From positions 1 to 49,636 of the forward strand of contig JBEKHC010000031.1 in the NCBI GenBank assembly GCA_050012475.1: DNA of 49,636 bases, read 5' to 3'. This stretch comes from Candidatus Velthaea sp. (GTDB taxonomy: Bacteria > Vulcanimicrobiota > Vulcanimicrobiia > Vulcanimicrobiales > Vulcanimicrobiaceae). Below the pieces are notes generated by a model. It saw only the letters and a list, made by a program, of their open reading frames with translations. It was not told where the DNA came from and searched no databases. The position numbers were made by a program, and so were the translations under genes. Of the stretch, positions 9,275 to 18,501 are shown piece after piece; position 1 is the stretch's first letter; each line of letters opens with the position of its first letter.

Positions 9275-9736
9275 TCACGAAACCACGCGAACCGCTTGGG
9301 CGCGGGCGGCCGGATCGAGCGCTGCATAGTCCGGGCCGAACGCCGCGTCGATCTCGCTCAGCGGCGCGAGTGCGAACGCGCGCTCGCGCAGCCGGGCGTG
9401 CGGAATCGTGAGCTGCTCGTCGTCGAGCACCAGATCGCCGTAGGCCAAGATGTCGAGGTCGATGACGCGCGGCCCCCAGCGAAACGTCGCAACCCGCCCC
9501 ATCTCCGCCTCGATCCGTTTGAGGCCGCGGAGCAGGTCGTGCGGCTCCAGTGCGGTCTCCAGCAGCGCTGCGGCGTTGAAGAAGTCGGGCTGATCGCGAA
9601 CGCCCCAAGCCTGGGTGCGATACAGCGACGACCGCGCCGTTACCGTCCCCAGTTCGCCCAGCCGCGCGAACGCGGTGCGGACGTTCGCCGCCGCGTCGCC
9701 GACATTCGAGCCGATCCCGATGCGCGCGAGCGCCAC
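9275..9736 (-). CDS. folK: 2-amino-4-hydroxy-6-hydroxymethyldihydropteridine diphosphokinase
   Basis: IGIGSNVGD, QPDFFNAA, RWGPRVIDLDIL and IPHARLRERAF. Confidence 0.96.
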   Translation of the reverse strand: MALARIGIGSNVGDAAANVRTAFARLGELGTVTARSSLYRTQAWGVRDQPDFFNAAALLETALEPHDLLRGLKRIEAEMGRVATFRWGPRVIDLDILAYGDLVLDDEQLTIPHARLRERAFALAPLSEIDAAFGPDYAALDPAARAQAVRVVS

Positions 9737-9740
9737 GGTT

Positions 9741-10094
9741 TTACGGACGCGCTTGGCGCAGCGTCACCACCGGCGTCGCGCCGGCAAGTAGGCGCGGTTT
9801 GCCGATGCTGACCTCGGCCCGGGTGACGCGCGGGTCGCGAAAGATTCGATCGAGGACGTCTTGCCCGATGCGTTCGAGCAGATCGTACGACGTGGTCGCG
9901 ACGATCTCGACGACGGCGGCGTGCAGTGCCGCGTAGTCGAGCGTTTCGGCAAGCACGTCGCTGCGCCGCGCCGGCGTCAAATCGATATCGAGCGCAACGT
10001 CGACCTCGAACGGCTGCGGCACGTTTTTCTCACCGGGATTCGCGCCATGGCGCCCGAACGCGCGGATGCCGCGCAGCGCGATGGTGTCGCTCAA
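9741..10094 (-). CDS. folB: Dihydroneopterin aldolase
   Basis: GRHGANPGEK..QPFEVD, TLDY and LLE motifs; fol operon context. Confidence 0.94.
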   Translation of the reverse strand: MSDTIALRGIRAFGRHGANPGEKNVPQPFEVDVALDIDLTPARRSDVLAETLDYAALHAAVVEIVATTSYDLLERIGQDVLDRIFRDPRVTRAEVSIGKPRLLAGATPVVTLRQARP

Positions 10095-10954
10095 CCGACC
10101 GCGTTCCAGCCCGGCGGGCGCCAGCCGCGCGCGACCGCATCGCTGACGCGCACGACGTCGGCTTGTTCGCGCACGTCGTGCACGCGCACGATATCGATCC
10201 CCGCATTGGCCGCGAGCGCGACCGTCGCAGCGGTCCCGAATTCGCGTTCGTCGACGCGCCGGCCGGTGAGTTTTCCCAGCGTCGACTTGCGCGACGTTCC
10301 CAGCAGCGTCGGGAAACCCAAACCGACGAGCCGGTCGAGCCGGCTCAAGATGCGCAAGTTGTGTTCCGCCGTTTTGCCGAACCCGATGCCCGGATCGACG
10401 ATGACGTGTTCGGCAGGGATGCCCGCGGAGACCGCTCGCGTCGCGGCGTCGAGCAGAAACCGCAAGACTTCGTCGACGACGTCGCCGTCATAGACCGGAA
10501 CCGGGGCATTGTGCATCGCAACGATCGGCGAACCGGTTTGCACCGCCACGTCGATGAGCGCCGGCCCGGCGCCCCATACCGAGTTGAGGATGTCACCGCC
10601 GACAGCGTGCGCGCGCCGGTAGACCTCCGGCTTGTAGGTGTCCACCGAGACGATGACGTCCGAGTCGAGCACCCGCAGCTGCGCGATTGCCGGGACGAGC
10701 CGCGCGATCTCGGCTTCGATCGAGATCGGCCGATGACCCGGACGCGTCGATTCGGCACCGAAGTCCAGGATATCGGCTCCGGCTTCACGCTGCTCGACGG
10801 CATGAGCGGCCGCGCTTCCGGCCTCACAAACACCGTCGCCGGAGAACGAGTCCGGCGACGCATTGACGATGCCCATGATGTACGTTTGCGCGCCCCAGGG
10901 GAGCGCGTGACCGCGGACCCGTAAGGCCCCGCGGCCGCTAGACGCGATTTGCAA
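10091..10954 (-). CDS. folP: Dihydropteroate synthase
   Basis: MGIVNASPDSFS, GAESTRPG, DPGIGFGK, GTSRKS and IVRVHDV. Confidence 0.96.
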   Translation of the reverse strand: MQIASSGRGALRVRGHALPWGAQTYIMGIVNASPDSFSGDGVCEAGSAAAHAVEQREAGADILDFGAESTRPGHRPISIEAEIARLVPAIAQLRVLDSDVIVSVDTYKPEVYRRAHAVGGDILNSVWGAGPALIDVAVQTGSPIVAMHNAPVPVYDGDVVDEVLRFLLDAATRAVSAGIPAEHVIVDPGIGFGKTAEHNLRILSRLDRLVGLGFPTLLGTSRKSTLGKLTGRRVDEREFGTAATVALAANAGIDIVRVHDVREQADVVRVSDAVARGWRPPGWNAVG

Positions 10955-12254
10955 CGTGCGTCAACCACCAGTCGCGCAACGTCGCGACAACGAAAGTCGA
11001 GCCGGTCACGACCACGATATCCTCGGCGTCGGCGTTGCGACGGGCGATCGAGAAGGCCTCGACGGGATCGATGATGGCGCGGCCCCACACGCCCAGTTCG
11101 CTCGCGATGCTCGCCAGGCGCTGCGGACGAATCGACGACCGGCCGCTGGTGTCGAACGAGGTGAACGTGAAGGTGCCGGGCACGTCGATGAACGGGGCGA
11201 TGACATTGGCTGCATCCTTGGACTGCCCGATCGCCATGACCAGCGCGAAGCGCCGGCCCGGAAAGCTCTCGCGCAAAGCCGCCGCGAGATGTGCGGCCTT
11301 GTCGGGATTGTGCGCGATATCGAAGACCACTGCCGGGTGGGAGGGGAAGAATTCCATCCGGCCGGGGATCACCAGCCGCGACAAGCCGCTCTCGACGCTG
11401 GCGCGATCGGGCCGCAACTCTCCTGGTAGGAGCTCGAGGGCGCGGATCGCGGTTGCGGCGTTACGCTGCTGAAACGCACCCAGCACCGGCAGCGCCAGAT
11501 CGTATGTCGCGTCGGGCGTGGTGACGGTGAACGACTGCCCGTAGCGCTCGCCCGACCGCGGCTCGACGGTCACCGTATCGCGCACCGAAACGAACGGCGC
11601 GCCCGCGGCGGCGCAGCCGGCCTCGATGACCATCCGCGCTTCGGGGTCGGTGACGTCGCTGACGAGCGGAACCCCGGCCTTGGCGATGCCGACTTTGTCG
11701 GCGGCGATTTCTACCGTCGTCTCACCGAGGATGTCGGTGTGGTCGAGCGCGACGTTGGTGATGACCGAAACGAGCGGGTGCAGGACGTTGGTGCCGTCGA
11801 GCTTGCCGCCAACCCCGACCTCGATCACCGCAATCTCGACCTCTTCCTGAGCGAAGTAGACGAACGCCAGCGCGAGCAAGGTTTCATAGTAGGACGCGCG
11901 TCCGTGCACGGCGGCGACGCGCTCGATCGCCGGCATCATCTCGCCCAGGATATCGGCGAACCGGTCCTCGGAGATCGCGACGCCGTCGATCCGGGCGCGC
12001 TCGGTCACCGATGACAGGTGCGGTTTGACGTGTAAACCGGTCTTCCGCCCGGCGGCCTGGAGGGCGGCCGCAGCCATCGTCGCGGTCGAGCCCTTGCCGC
12101 TCGTTCCGCCGATGTGCAGCGTCGGATAGCGGGTGTGGGGGTTGTCGAGGGCATCGAGCAGCGCGGCCATCCGGTCGAGCCGGTTGGGGAGCCGCCGCGA
12201 CGCCGTTTCGTTGATCGTCCCTAAGAGATACGCCTGAGCTTGCGCGAAAAGCAT
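10938..12254 (-). CDS. folC: Folylpolyglutamate synthase/dihydrofolate synthase
   Basis: HIGGTSGKGST, EVGVGGKLDGTN, PGRME, DIAHNP and TGS motifs. Confidence 0.95.
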   Translation of the reverse strand: MLFAQAQAYLLGTINETASRRLPNRLDRMAALLDALDNPHTRYPTLHIGGTSGKGSTATMAAAALQAAGRKTGLHVKPHLSSVTERARIDGVAISEDRFADILGEMMPAIERVAAVHGRASYYETLLALAFVYFAQEEVEIAVIEVGVGGKLDGTNVLHPLVSVITNVALDHTDILGETTVEIAADKVGIAKAGVPLVSDVTDPEARMVIEAGCAAAGAPFVSVRDTVTVEPRSGERYGQSFTVTTPDATYDLALPVLGAFQQRNAATAIRALELLPGELRPDRASVESGLSRLVIPGRMEFFPSHPAVVFDIAHNPDKAAHLAAALRESFPGRRFALVMAIGQSKDAANVIAPFIDVPGTFTFTSFDTSGRSSIRPQRLASIASELGVWGRAIIDPVEAFSIARRNADAEDIVVVTGSTFVVATLRDWWLTHVANRV

Positions 12255-12280
12255 TGTTCTATATCAACGTACGAAAACGT

Positions 12281-12760
12281 CTACCCGTCAACGGTCATAT
12301 CGGTAAGCAAGTCAAGCGCATGTGGCAGGGCCGGCAGGATGACGGCAAGCGATTCCCTGACCGCTTTGGGGCTCCCGGGGAGGTTGACGATAAGGGTCCG
12401 GTCACGAACCCCGGCGATGGCCCGCGACAGCATCGCCGTTGGGACGATCTTGTTCGATTCCGCGCGCATCGCTTCGGCGAGCCCCGGGACCTCGTAGTCG
12501 AGGACGGCTGCGGTGGCTTGCGGCGTGCGGTCGCGCGAACTCAGCCCGGTTCCGCCACTGGTGAGCACGAGCGGCGTGCGGGCGTCGGCCAGCTCGATGA
12601 GCGCCGCTTGGAGCGCGGCCGGATCGTCGGGCAGAATCCGCTCGTCGCGAATGTCGAAGGTCGCGCCCAGCACGTCGCGCATCACCGGGATGCACGCGTC
12701 GGGGCGTTCGCCCGACGCCGCCCGATCGGAGAGAATGATCACGGCGGTGCGGTACCTCAT
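12281..12760 (-). CDS. mog: Molybdopterin adenylyltransferase (MogA/MoaB family)
   Basis: [27 protein letters not shown] and NLPGSPKAV. Confidence 0.9.
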   Translation of the reverse strand: MRYRTAVIILSDRAASGERPDACIPVMRDVLGATFDIRDERILPDDPAALQAALIELADARTPLVLTSGGTGLSSRDRTPQATAAVLDYEVPGLAEAMRAESNKIVPTAMLSRAIAGVRDRTLIVNLPGSPKAVRESLAVILPALPHALDLLTDMTVDG

Positions 12761-13248
12761 GGAGCCGGCTCGCCGGCCGCCGCGGCCCAGTCGCCGCTCT
12801 TGCCGCCAGTTTTGCTCAGCAGCCGCAGCCCCTCGATCACGATGCCCTTTTCGAGCGCCTTGCACATGTCGTAGATGGTCAGCGCCGCGATCGCGGCCGC
12901 GACTAGGGCTTCCATCTCGACTCCGGTCGGGCCGATCGTGGCTGCTTGGGTCGAAACCTCCAGCGTCGCGGCGTCGATCCAGCGGAAGCTCACCTCGACC
13001 GACGTGAGCGGCAAAGGGTGCGCCAGCGGGATCAGGCTGCCCGTCGCCTTGGCGGCCTGGATTCCCGCGATCTGGGCGGCGACGAAGGCGTCGCCCTTGG
13101 GCAGCGTTGCGTTGCGGAGCGCGGTTGCGGTCGCGGGCAGCATGCGCACGCGCGCCTCGGCTCGTGCCGTCCGCTGCGTCGGCGTTTTGTGGCCGACGTC
13201 GACCATTCTTAACCGACCGTCGTCGTCAAGGTGTGAGGGTTTTGTCAC
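12757..13248 (-). CDS. moaC: Cyclic pyranopterin monophosphate synthase
   Basis: [42 protein letters not shown] and KTGGKSG. Confidence 0.96.
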   Translation of the reverse strand: MTKPSHLDDDGRLRMVDVGHKTPTQRTARAEARVRMLPATATALRNATLPKGDAFVAAQIAGIQAAKATGSLIPLAHPLPLTSVEVSFRWIDAATLEVSTQAATIGPTGVEMEALVAAAIAALTIYDMCKALEKGIVIEGLRLLSKTGGKSGDWAAAAGEPAP

Positions 13249-13277
13249 GCGCGTCGAAGCTTCTTCATTGGAGCAGG

Positions 13278-14429
13278 ATGACTTTGTTCGCAACGATCGG
13301 TTCCCAAACCCGAGATGCGGTCCGTGTGCTCAGCGCCGTCGGCGACACGTTCAGCGGGCACGGCATCGGCTTCGGTATGCGCGTCGCCAACGTCGCGGGC
13401 CGGTTCGCGGAGTATCGCGAACTCGATGCGGAGTCGATCGCCGCCGCCTTCTATGCCGGCGCGCTCCACGGTATCGGCGCGGTTCGCGTCGTCGTGCCGC
13501 GCGACGCATCGCCGCGCGCGACCGAGATCGCCGGCTGGGACGACCCGCCGGCCGGGGCGGCGATCGTCGCGGCAGCCCAACTCTTTCCCGCCGGGACGGC
13601 GGACGCGATCCGCTGGCATCGCGAAGCCTTCGACGGAACGGGCTTTCCGGATCAGCTGCGCTGGAACGGCATTCCGCCCATCGCGATGGCGATCAACATC
13701 GCGCGCGCCTTCGTGGCCGCTCTCCAGACGTATGGCGAAAACGGCTCGCCGCGCGAAGCGCTGTTCGCGCTCGCCGCGGATACGGGGTGCATCTATTCGC
13801 TGTCGGCGATGCGCGAATTTCGCGCGTTTCTCGACGTCGAAACCGAGGCGTGCATCGCGCCGTACGAACCGCGCTGGGCGTTGCCCGACACCGGCGCCCG
13901 CACGCTGCTGACGCACGTCTGCAGCGAGATCGACGCGCGTCAGGCGCGCACCGCCGGCCGCGGCGATCGGCTCGAGCTTATCGTGCGGGAAATTCTGGCT
14001 CGGCTGCGCGATCCCCAATTCGATCCCGAGCAGGTAGCGTTTGCGGGCCGGCTGACGGCGCTCGCGCGAACCGGCCGGGACGGCAGCGCCGACGACGCGT
14101 TTACGCTGACGCGCCTCGGCTTGGAGTCGCGCGCGGCGCGCGCGCTTGCCAACGCGCACATCGTGTCGACCGGGCCGGCCTTCGCGCCGTTCGCGCCGAT
14201 TTTGGCTGCGCTCGACGAGTGGTACGACGGCAGCGGATTGCCCGGCCATCAGGCCGGCGCGGCGATCGATCCGGTCGCGCGCGTCCTGGCGGTGGCCGTC
14301 GCTGCTGATGCGTTAGCGGCCGATAATCTGACGGCCCCGGACGCTCGCCGCCGGATCGCCGCCGCCGCCGGAGCGCGGCTGGATCCCGCGATCGTCGAAG
14401 CGTACCTCGCCGGGAGCGCGAAACCGTGA
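13278..14429 (+). CDS. Tandem HD-GYP-like domain protein, degenerate
   Basis: LHGIG (for LHDIG), [15 protein letters not shown] and [24 protein letters not shown]-terminal [17 protein letters not shown] before ATG 13278. Confidence 0.8.
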   Translation: MTLFATIGSQTRDAVRVLSAVGDTFSGHGIGFGMRVANVAGRFAEYRELDAESIAAAFYAGALHGIGAVRVVVPRDASPRATEIAGWDDPPAGAAIVAAAQLFPAGTADAIRWHREAFDGTGFPDQLRWNGIPPIAMAINIARAFVAALQTYGENGSPREALFALAADTGCIYSLSAMREFRAFLDVETEACIAPYEPRWALPDTGARTLLTHVCSEIDARQARTAGRGDRLELIVREILARLRDPQFDPEQVAFAGRLTALARTGRDGSADDAFTLTRLGLESRAARALANAHIVSTGPAFAPFAPILAALDEWYDGSGLPGHQAGAAIDPVARVLAVAVAADALAADNLTAPDARRRIAAAAGARLDPAIVEAYLAGSAKP

Positions 14430-15340
14430 CCGAACTCAAAGAGAAGACGCGCCGGGTGGCCGGTTCGCGGATGCTCGACCTCTTCACGGAACGCTCGATC
14501 GAGAGCGTCGTCGATCCGTTCATGGGGCTGCCGACGCATCTCAACTATCTCAAACGGCACGGCATTCGCGTCGACGGCGGCGACTTGCTCGAGTGGTTCG
14601 TGCGCGCCGGCGAGGGACTCGTCGTCAACGATTTCACCATCTTGCGCGAAGACGAGGTTGCCGCCATCGTCGAAGGCTCACCCGGCAGCGTCTATCCCGT
14701 CGACATGTTCCGCGCCTGGGACGGCGTATTCTTCTCGCACGAACAGTGCCAGTATCTGGGCATCTGGCACGCCAACATCCGCAACCTGCGCAGCGACGGA
14801 CAAACGGGACTAGCCATCGCGGGTCTGTGGCACGTGCTTTGTTACTGGCTGCAAAAAGCGCAGTTTCCCGACGACATGCCCGATATTCCACCCAGCGAAC
14901 TGGCGTGGCGCTACATCCGCGAAACCGAACGGCTGGTGTGCGGGAACAACGCGCGCAACACGGTTCGTCAGGCCGATTTCGCGACCACCCTGCAGCATTC
15001 GAGCGCGCAGTGCGTGTACGTCGCGCCTCCCGGCCGCAACAGCGCGAGCGACGTCGATGCGCGGGTCTGGATGTGGGAAGCGTGGTGGCAAGGCGATCCG
15101 TACTTGAGCGTCGAGCGCTATTTCCGCGACACGGTGTTCGGCCGGCGCCAGGCCGATCGCGCGACGTACGACGACGCGATCGGCGCCGTGCTGACTGCCG
15201 CCGAGAGTTTTCCGTTCGTCGTGCTGCAAACGCGACCGCGCGACACCGGACGGTTCGAGCGAATCGTCAAACAATTCCGCAAGCAGATCGAGATCGTAGC
15301 ACCCGGCCCCGAAGAAACCTACATCATCGCCCGCAAATAA
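14426..15340 (+). CDS. D12/FokI-type DNA adenine methyltransferase homologue, catalytic motif degenerate
   Basis: SVVDPFMG (motif I), GDLLEW (motif II) and CVYVAPPG (motif IV, DPPY position); GTGA overlap with the upstream gene. Confidence 0.72.
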   Translation: MTELKEKTRRVAGSRMLDLFTERSIESVVDPFMGLPTHLNYLKRHGIRVDGGDLLEWFVRAGEGLVVNDFTILREDEVAAIVEGSPGSVYPVDMFRAWDGVFFSHEQCQYLGIWHANIRNLRSDGQTGLAIAGLWHVLCYWLQKAQFPDDMPDIPPSELAWRYIRETERLVCGNNARNTVRQADFATTLQHSSAQCVYVAPPGRNSASDVDARVWMWEAWWQGDPYLSVERYFRDTVFGRRQADRATYDDAIGAVLTAAESFPFVVLQTRPRDTGRFERIVKQFRKQIEIVAPGPEETYIIARK

Positions 15341-15352
15341 CGGGCCTCGTCA

Positions 15353-15448
15353 GGGATGGGCGCCCTCGGCTTCGCTGGGATGGGCGCACTCGGCTTCGCT
15401 CGGACCGGCGCCCTCGGCTGCGCTCGGATGGGCGCCCTCGGCTTCGCT
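15353..15448. repeat. Four tandem 24-bp repeats (consensus SGGATGGGCGCCCTCGGCTTCGCT)
   Basis: Units start at 15353, 15377, 15401 and 15425 with a few mismatches and no spacers. Confidence 0.92.
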
Positions 15449-15469
15449 CGGTACGCCCCCGCCCGACGC

Positions 15470-15556
15470 CCGACCCCTCCGGCTTGGGGGGTTCGTCAGC
15501 AAAGCCGAGACGAATCCCTAAGCCCAAACGCGAAGAATTGCGCGCAGCGCAATCCG
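15470..15556. repeat. Cluster of intergenic hairpins (REP-like or bidirectional terminator) between convergent genes
   Basis: CGACCCCTCC..GGGGGGTTCG, TTCGTC..GACGAA and ATTGCGC-GCA-GCGCAAT (15537-15553). Confidence 0.6.
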
Positions 15557-15763
15557 CTAGGCTTTTGCGGCGTTGCTCTGAAAGCGGATCCAGACCAGCG
15601 ACAGCAGCGCCAGGACGAAATAGGCGATGGCGTGTTTGGTGTGCGGCTTGTCGTTGGCGAAGCCCAGCGCTTTGGTGACCGAGCTCGGTTCGAGCGGATG
15701 CGCGACCGCGAGCGCGGCGAGGATGACGAAGACGACGACGAGGATGCCCGCAAGCGCTTTCAT
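15557..15763 (-). CDS. Small two-TM membrane protein (68 aa)
   Basis: MKALAGILVVVFVILAALAVAHP...HAIAYFVLALLSLVWIRF; ATGA overlap with the uppP stop. Confidence 0.75.
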   Translation of the reverse strand: MKALAGILVVVFVILAALAVAHPLEPSSVTKALGFANDKPHTKHAIAYFVLALLSLVWIRFQSNAAKA

Positions 15764-16617
15764 GTGATGACCTTCGTGGCGAAGAGGATAAAGGCCGCTG
15801 CGCCCGCGAGCAGACAATACCAGCCGAACGGACGCAGATCGTTGTGTTGGAAGTAGCGCGTCAAGAACGCGACCGAAGCATATGCGGTAATGCCCGCCAG
15901 AATCCCGCCCACGATGGCCTGCACGGCAACAACGTGTGCTTCGGGTTCGAAGAGTTTCGGTATTTCCAGCACGCTGGCGGCCAAGATGACGGGCGTCGCC
16001 AACAAGAAAGAATAGTTTGCCGCCGCTTCGTGATCGAGATCGACGAGAAGTCCGGCGACGATCGAAGCGCCCGAGCGCGAAATGCCGGGCAAGAGCGCAA
16101 GTCCTTGGGCTAAGCCGACTTTCACGCCGTCGGCATAACTGATCGTTTCGATTGGCTTCGAAGCACGACTGTGGTCGGCGAATTGGCGTTTGCGCAGCCA
16201 CTCGCCGAAGAACATGATGAACGCGTTGAGCATCAAGAACGCCGCTGCCGGCAAGGGCGATCCGAACAGTCCGCGGACCGCCGATTGGAAAAAAACGCCC
16301 AGCAAACCGACGGGAATCGTGCCGGCGACCAACAGCCAGCCGATCTTTTCGTCGCGGTCGTTCGACAGCCGTCCGCGAACGACGCTCGCGGTGAGCGCGC
16401 GCGCAATGGCAACCCATTCGCGCCAGTAGAATACCACCAAGGCAAGCGCTGTACCCAGGTGCAGCACGACGACGAAGGCGAGAAATGCTTCGCCCGAACG
16501 ATCGACTGACCAGCGCAGCAGCGCCGGAATGAGAATGGTGTGACCCAAGCTGCTGATGGGAAAAAGTTCGCTCACGCCTTGGAGAACGGCCAGAAACATC
16601 GCTTGAGCAAACGTCAC
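15760..16617 (-). CDS. uppP: Undecaprenyl-diphosphate phosphatase (BacA)
   Basis: QGVSELFPISSLGH and ALLPGISRSGAS signature motifs. Confidence 0.95.
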   Translation of the reverse strand: MTFAQAMFLAVLQGVSELFPISSLGHTILIPALLRWSVDRSGEAFLAFVVVLHLGTALALVVFYWREWVAIARALTASVVRGRLSNDRDEKIGWLLVAGTIPVGLLGVFFQSAVRGLFGSPLPAAAFLMLNAFIMFFGEWLRKRQFADHSRASKPIETISYADGVKVGLAQGLALLPGISRSGASIVAGLLVDLDHEAAANYSFLLATPVILAASVLEIPKLFEPEAHVVAVQAIVGGILAGITAYASVAFLTRYFQHNDLRPFGWYCLLAGAAAFILFATKVIT

Positions 16618-16682
16618 GTTAACGTGCGTACGCGCGGAGCGACAGGGTTTCCTAGCGCCGGTCGATGAAGCGCGCCTGGCAC

Positions 16683-17054
16683 ATGGAAAAGCCGCCGTTT
16701 TCGCCGTTGGACGAGAAACGCGCGAGTGAACGCTCGCACGACAAGCTCTTGGTGTCGTACACCATCTCGGCCGAACTCCCAGCGGAGTACACCGAAACGT
16801 ACGACATCGCCACCGGCGGTCTTGCTATGCTCACCAACGCCGAGCTGACGCTCGATCTCGAACTCCACGTCGACTTGGAACTACGCGGCGATCCCGGGCC
16901 GAAACTCCGCTTGAAGGGCAACGTGCGCTGGTCGACCTACGATCCGCTGTTGCAAAAGTACCGCACCGGAATCGCGTTTTCCGAACCCAGCAAAGCGGTC
17001 GAACGTGAACTGCTGCGCTACATCGATACGCTGCACGACTTGCGCACGCGCTAA
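16683..17054 (+). CDS. Stand-alone PilZ domain protein (c-di-GMP receptor)
   Basis: EKRASER (RxxxR), DIATGG (D/NxSxxG-like), KGNVRW and TGIAF. Confidence 0.85.
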   Translation: MEKPPFSPLDEKRASERSHDKLLVSYTISAELPAEYTETYDIATGGLAMLTNAELTLDLELHVDLELRGDPGPKLRLKGNVRWSTYDPLLQKYRTGIAFSEPSKAVERELLRYIDTLHDLRTR

Positions 17055-17160
17055 CTGCCGCACGGCGCAAGCCGCTCCCGCGCCGCCAAACGCCTAGGGT
17101 TTCGACGAACTCAAACTCTGCACCGCGGCTCGCCCCACATCGCGGCCGAACTACCAGGGG

Positions 17161-17225
17161 TTCAGCGAAGCTGAATCGCGGCTTGCGCGAAGCGCAAACT
17201 CCACGGATTGCGCGAAGCGCAATCC
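17161..17225. repeat. Three tandem GCGAAGC-cored hairpins (REP-like) between convergent genes
   Basis: TTCAGCGAAGCTGAA (17161-17175), TTGCGCGAAGCGCAA (17183-17197) and GGATTGCGCGAAGCGCAATCC (17205-17225). Confidence 0.8.
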
Positions 17226-17227
17226 CG

Positions 17228-18010
17228 TCAGTTATTGTTGAATTCGACCGCGAAGATGTAGGTCGCCGCGATCGGCTGGCAATTCTTGATCTCCGTGCGG
17301 AACGTGCTCTCTTCGGCGGCCTTGATCGCGGCTTCATTGAGCAGCTGACTCGGTGAACTCTGCACGGTCGGCGTGCCGACGATTTTGCTGTTGACGTCGA
17401 GCTGGATGACCACGTTGACGACGCCGGTGATCCCTTGCTGTTGGGCGATCGGCGGCGTATCCGGAGCAACCGCATTGGTAGTCGTCGCCTCGACGTTCGG
17501 ATTCGCGCAGGCCGGCGGTTTCGTGGCAGCGGGAGTCGCCGGCGGGGCCGCTGGAGCGGCCTGGACCGGCGTCGCGGCAGCGGCCGTGGTCGTGCCCGTC
17601 GGCACGCCGTTCGTCGACCCGACGGTGTGCGTGTTTGCCGCCTCGGTCTTGCCGCCTTTGACCGCCGTAGTGTGCAACGTGTTGATCTTGATCTTCGGCT
17701 GCGGCGGCGCGGTGTGCACCACCGGCGGCGGGGTCTTGGGCTGCGGGGTCGGGGGCGGCGGTGTGGGCGTTGGCTTGGGCGTAGGCGGCGGCGTCGGCAC
17801 GGGCGTCGGCGGCGGGGTGGGCGGCGGCGTCGGCACGCGGTCGCGGGTGATTTTGGAGATCTTCTCTTCTTCGGGCTGGGTTCGCTCGAACTTCACCAGC
17901 GGCCCGACCAGCAGATGCAGCGCGATCGAGAGAATGAAACCGTAGAGGAGAAAATTCTGAACCCGCTCGCGCGTGTTGGCCGGCGGGCGGTCCGTCGAAT
18001 TCTGCGCCAC
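17228..18010 (-). CDS. tonB: Energy transducer TonB
   Basis: TM with SIALH (S-x3-H), Pro/Thr-rich linker and TonB_C (AQQQGITGVVNV..SSPSQLLNEAAIKAA). Confidence 0.88.
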   Translation of the reverse strand: MAQNSTDRPPANTRERVQNFLLYGFILSIALHLLVGPLVKFERTQPEEEKISKITRDRVPTPPPTPPPTPVPTPPPTPKPTPTPPPPTPQPKTPPPVVHTAPPQPKIKINTLHTTAVKGGKTEAANTHTVGSTNGVPTGTTTAAAATPVQAAPAAPPATPAATKPPACANPNVEATTTNAVAPDTPPIAQQQGITGVVNVVIQLDVNSKIVGTPTVQSSPSQLLNEAAIKAAEESTFRTEIKNCQPIAATYIFAVEFNNN

Positions 18011-18423
18011 TAGTCCTTTGAACCCTCGACTTTATTTGCCAATCCGAACCCGGTCAGATCGGCATTTTTCGCCGAGTCCATCACGCGCAGAATCGTCCCG
18101 AAATTTGCTTTGGGGTCGGCTTTGATGATCACCGATTTGAGCCGATGTCCGGTTTGCGCCGCGAGCTTTTCGAACTCTGCCGTTGCGCCGGACTCATCGA
18201 CGGTGTCGGATCCGACCTGGATCTTATTGTGCTCGTCGATCAGGACCACGATCTGCGAGGGCGTGACCTTCTCGGAGTTTTTGGCAATCGGCAGCGGCGG
18301 CTCTTTCGTCACCGACGCGAGGATGATGAAGATGATGAGGAGGACCAGCAAAACGTCCGTGAAGGGCGTAATGTTGATCGTCGACATGACCTCTTCTTCG
18401 GCTTGACCCGTAGAGACCGCCAC
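18010..18423 (-). CDS. exbD: ExbD/TolR family protein
   Basis: INITPFTDVLLVLLIIFII, IIKADPKA. Confidence 0.92.
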   Translation of the reverse strand: MAVSTGQAEEEVMSTINITPFTDVLLVLLIIFIILASVTKEPPLPIAKNSEKVTPSQIVVLIDEHNKIQVGSDTVDESGATAEFEKLAAQTGHRLKSVIIKADPKANFGTILRVMDSAKNADLTGFGLANKVEGSKD

Positions 18424-18501
18424 GCTAGTTCAGATGCCCCTTTTCTGCAAAAAGCTCGCCTGCTGACGGCCCATACGCCGGTACACCAACTCCAAAGTGC
18501 A

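Noticed and set aside
14426..15340. Functional restriction-modification system
   Set aside because: The catalytic DPPY is absent and no endonuclease or specificity gene is adjacent.
15353..15448. CRISPR array
   Set aside because: The repeats are directly tandem with no unique spacers, and there are no cas genes in the window.
17700..17840. DNA tandem repeat
   Set aside because: This is simply the Pro/Thr-rich TonB linker coding sequence.
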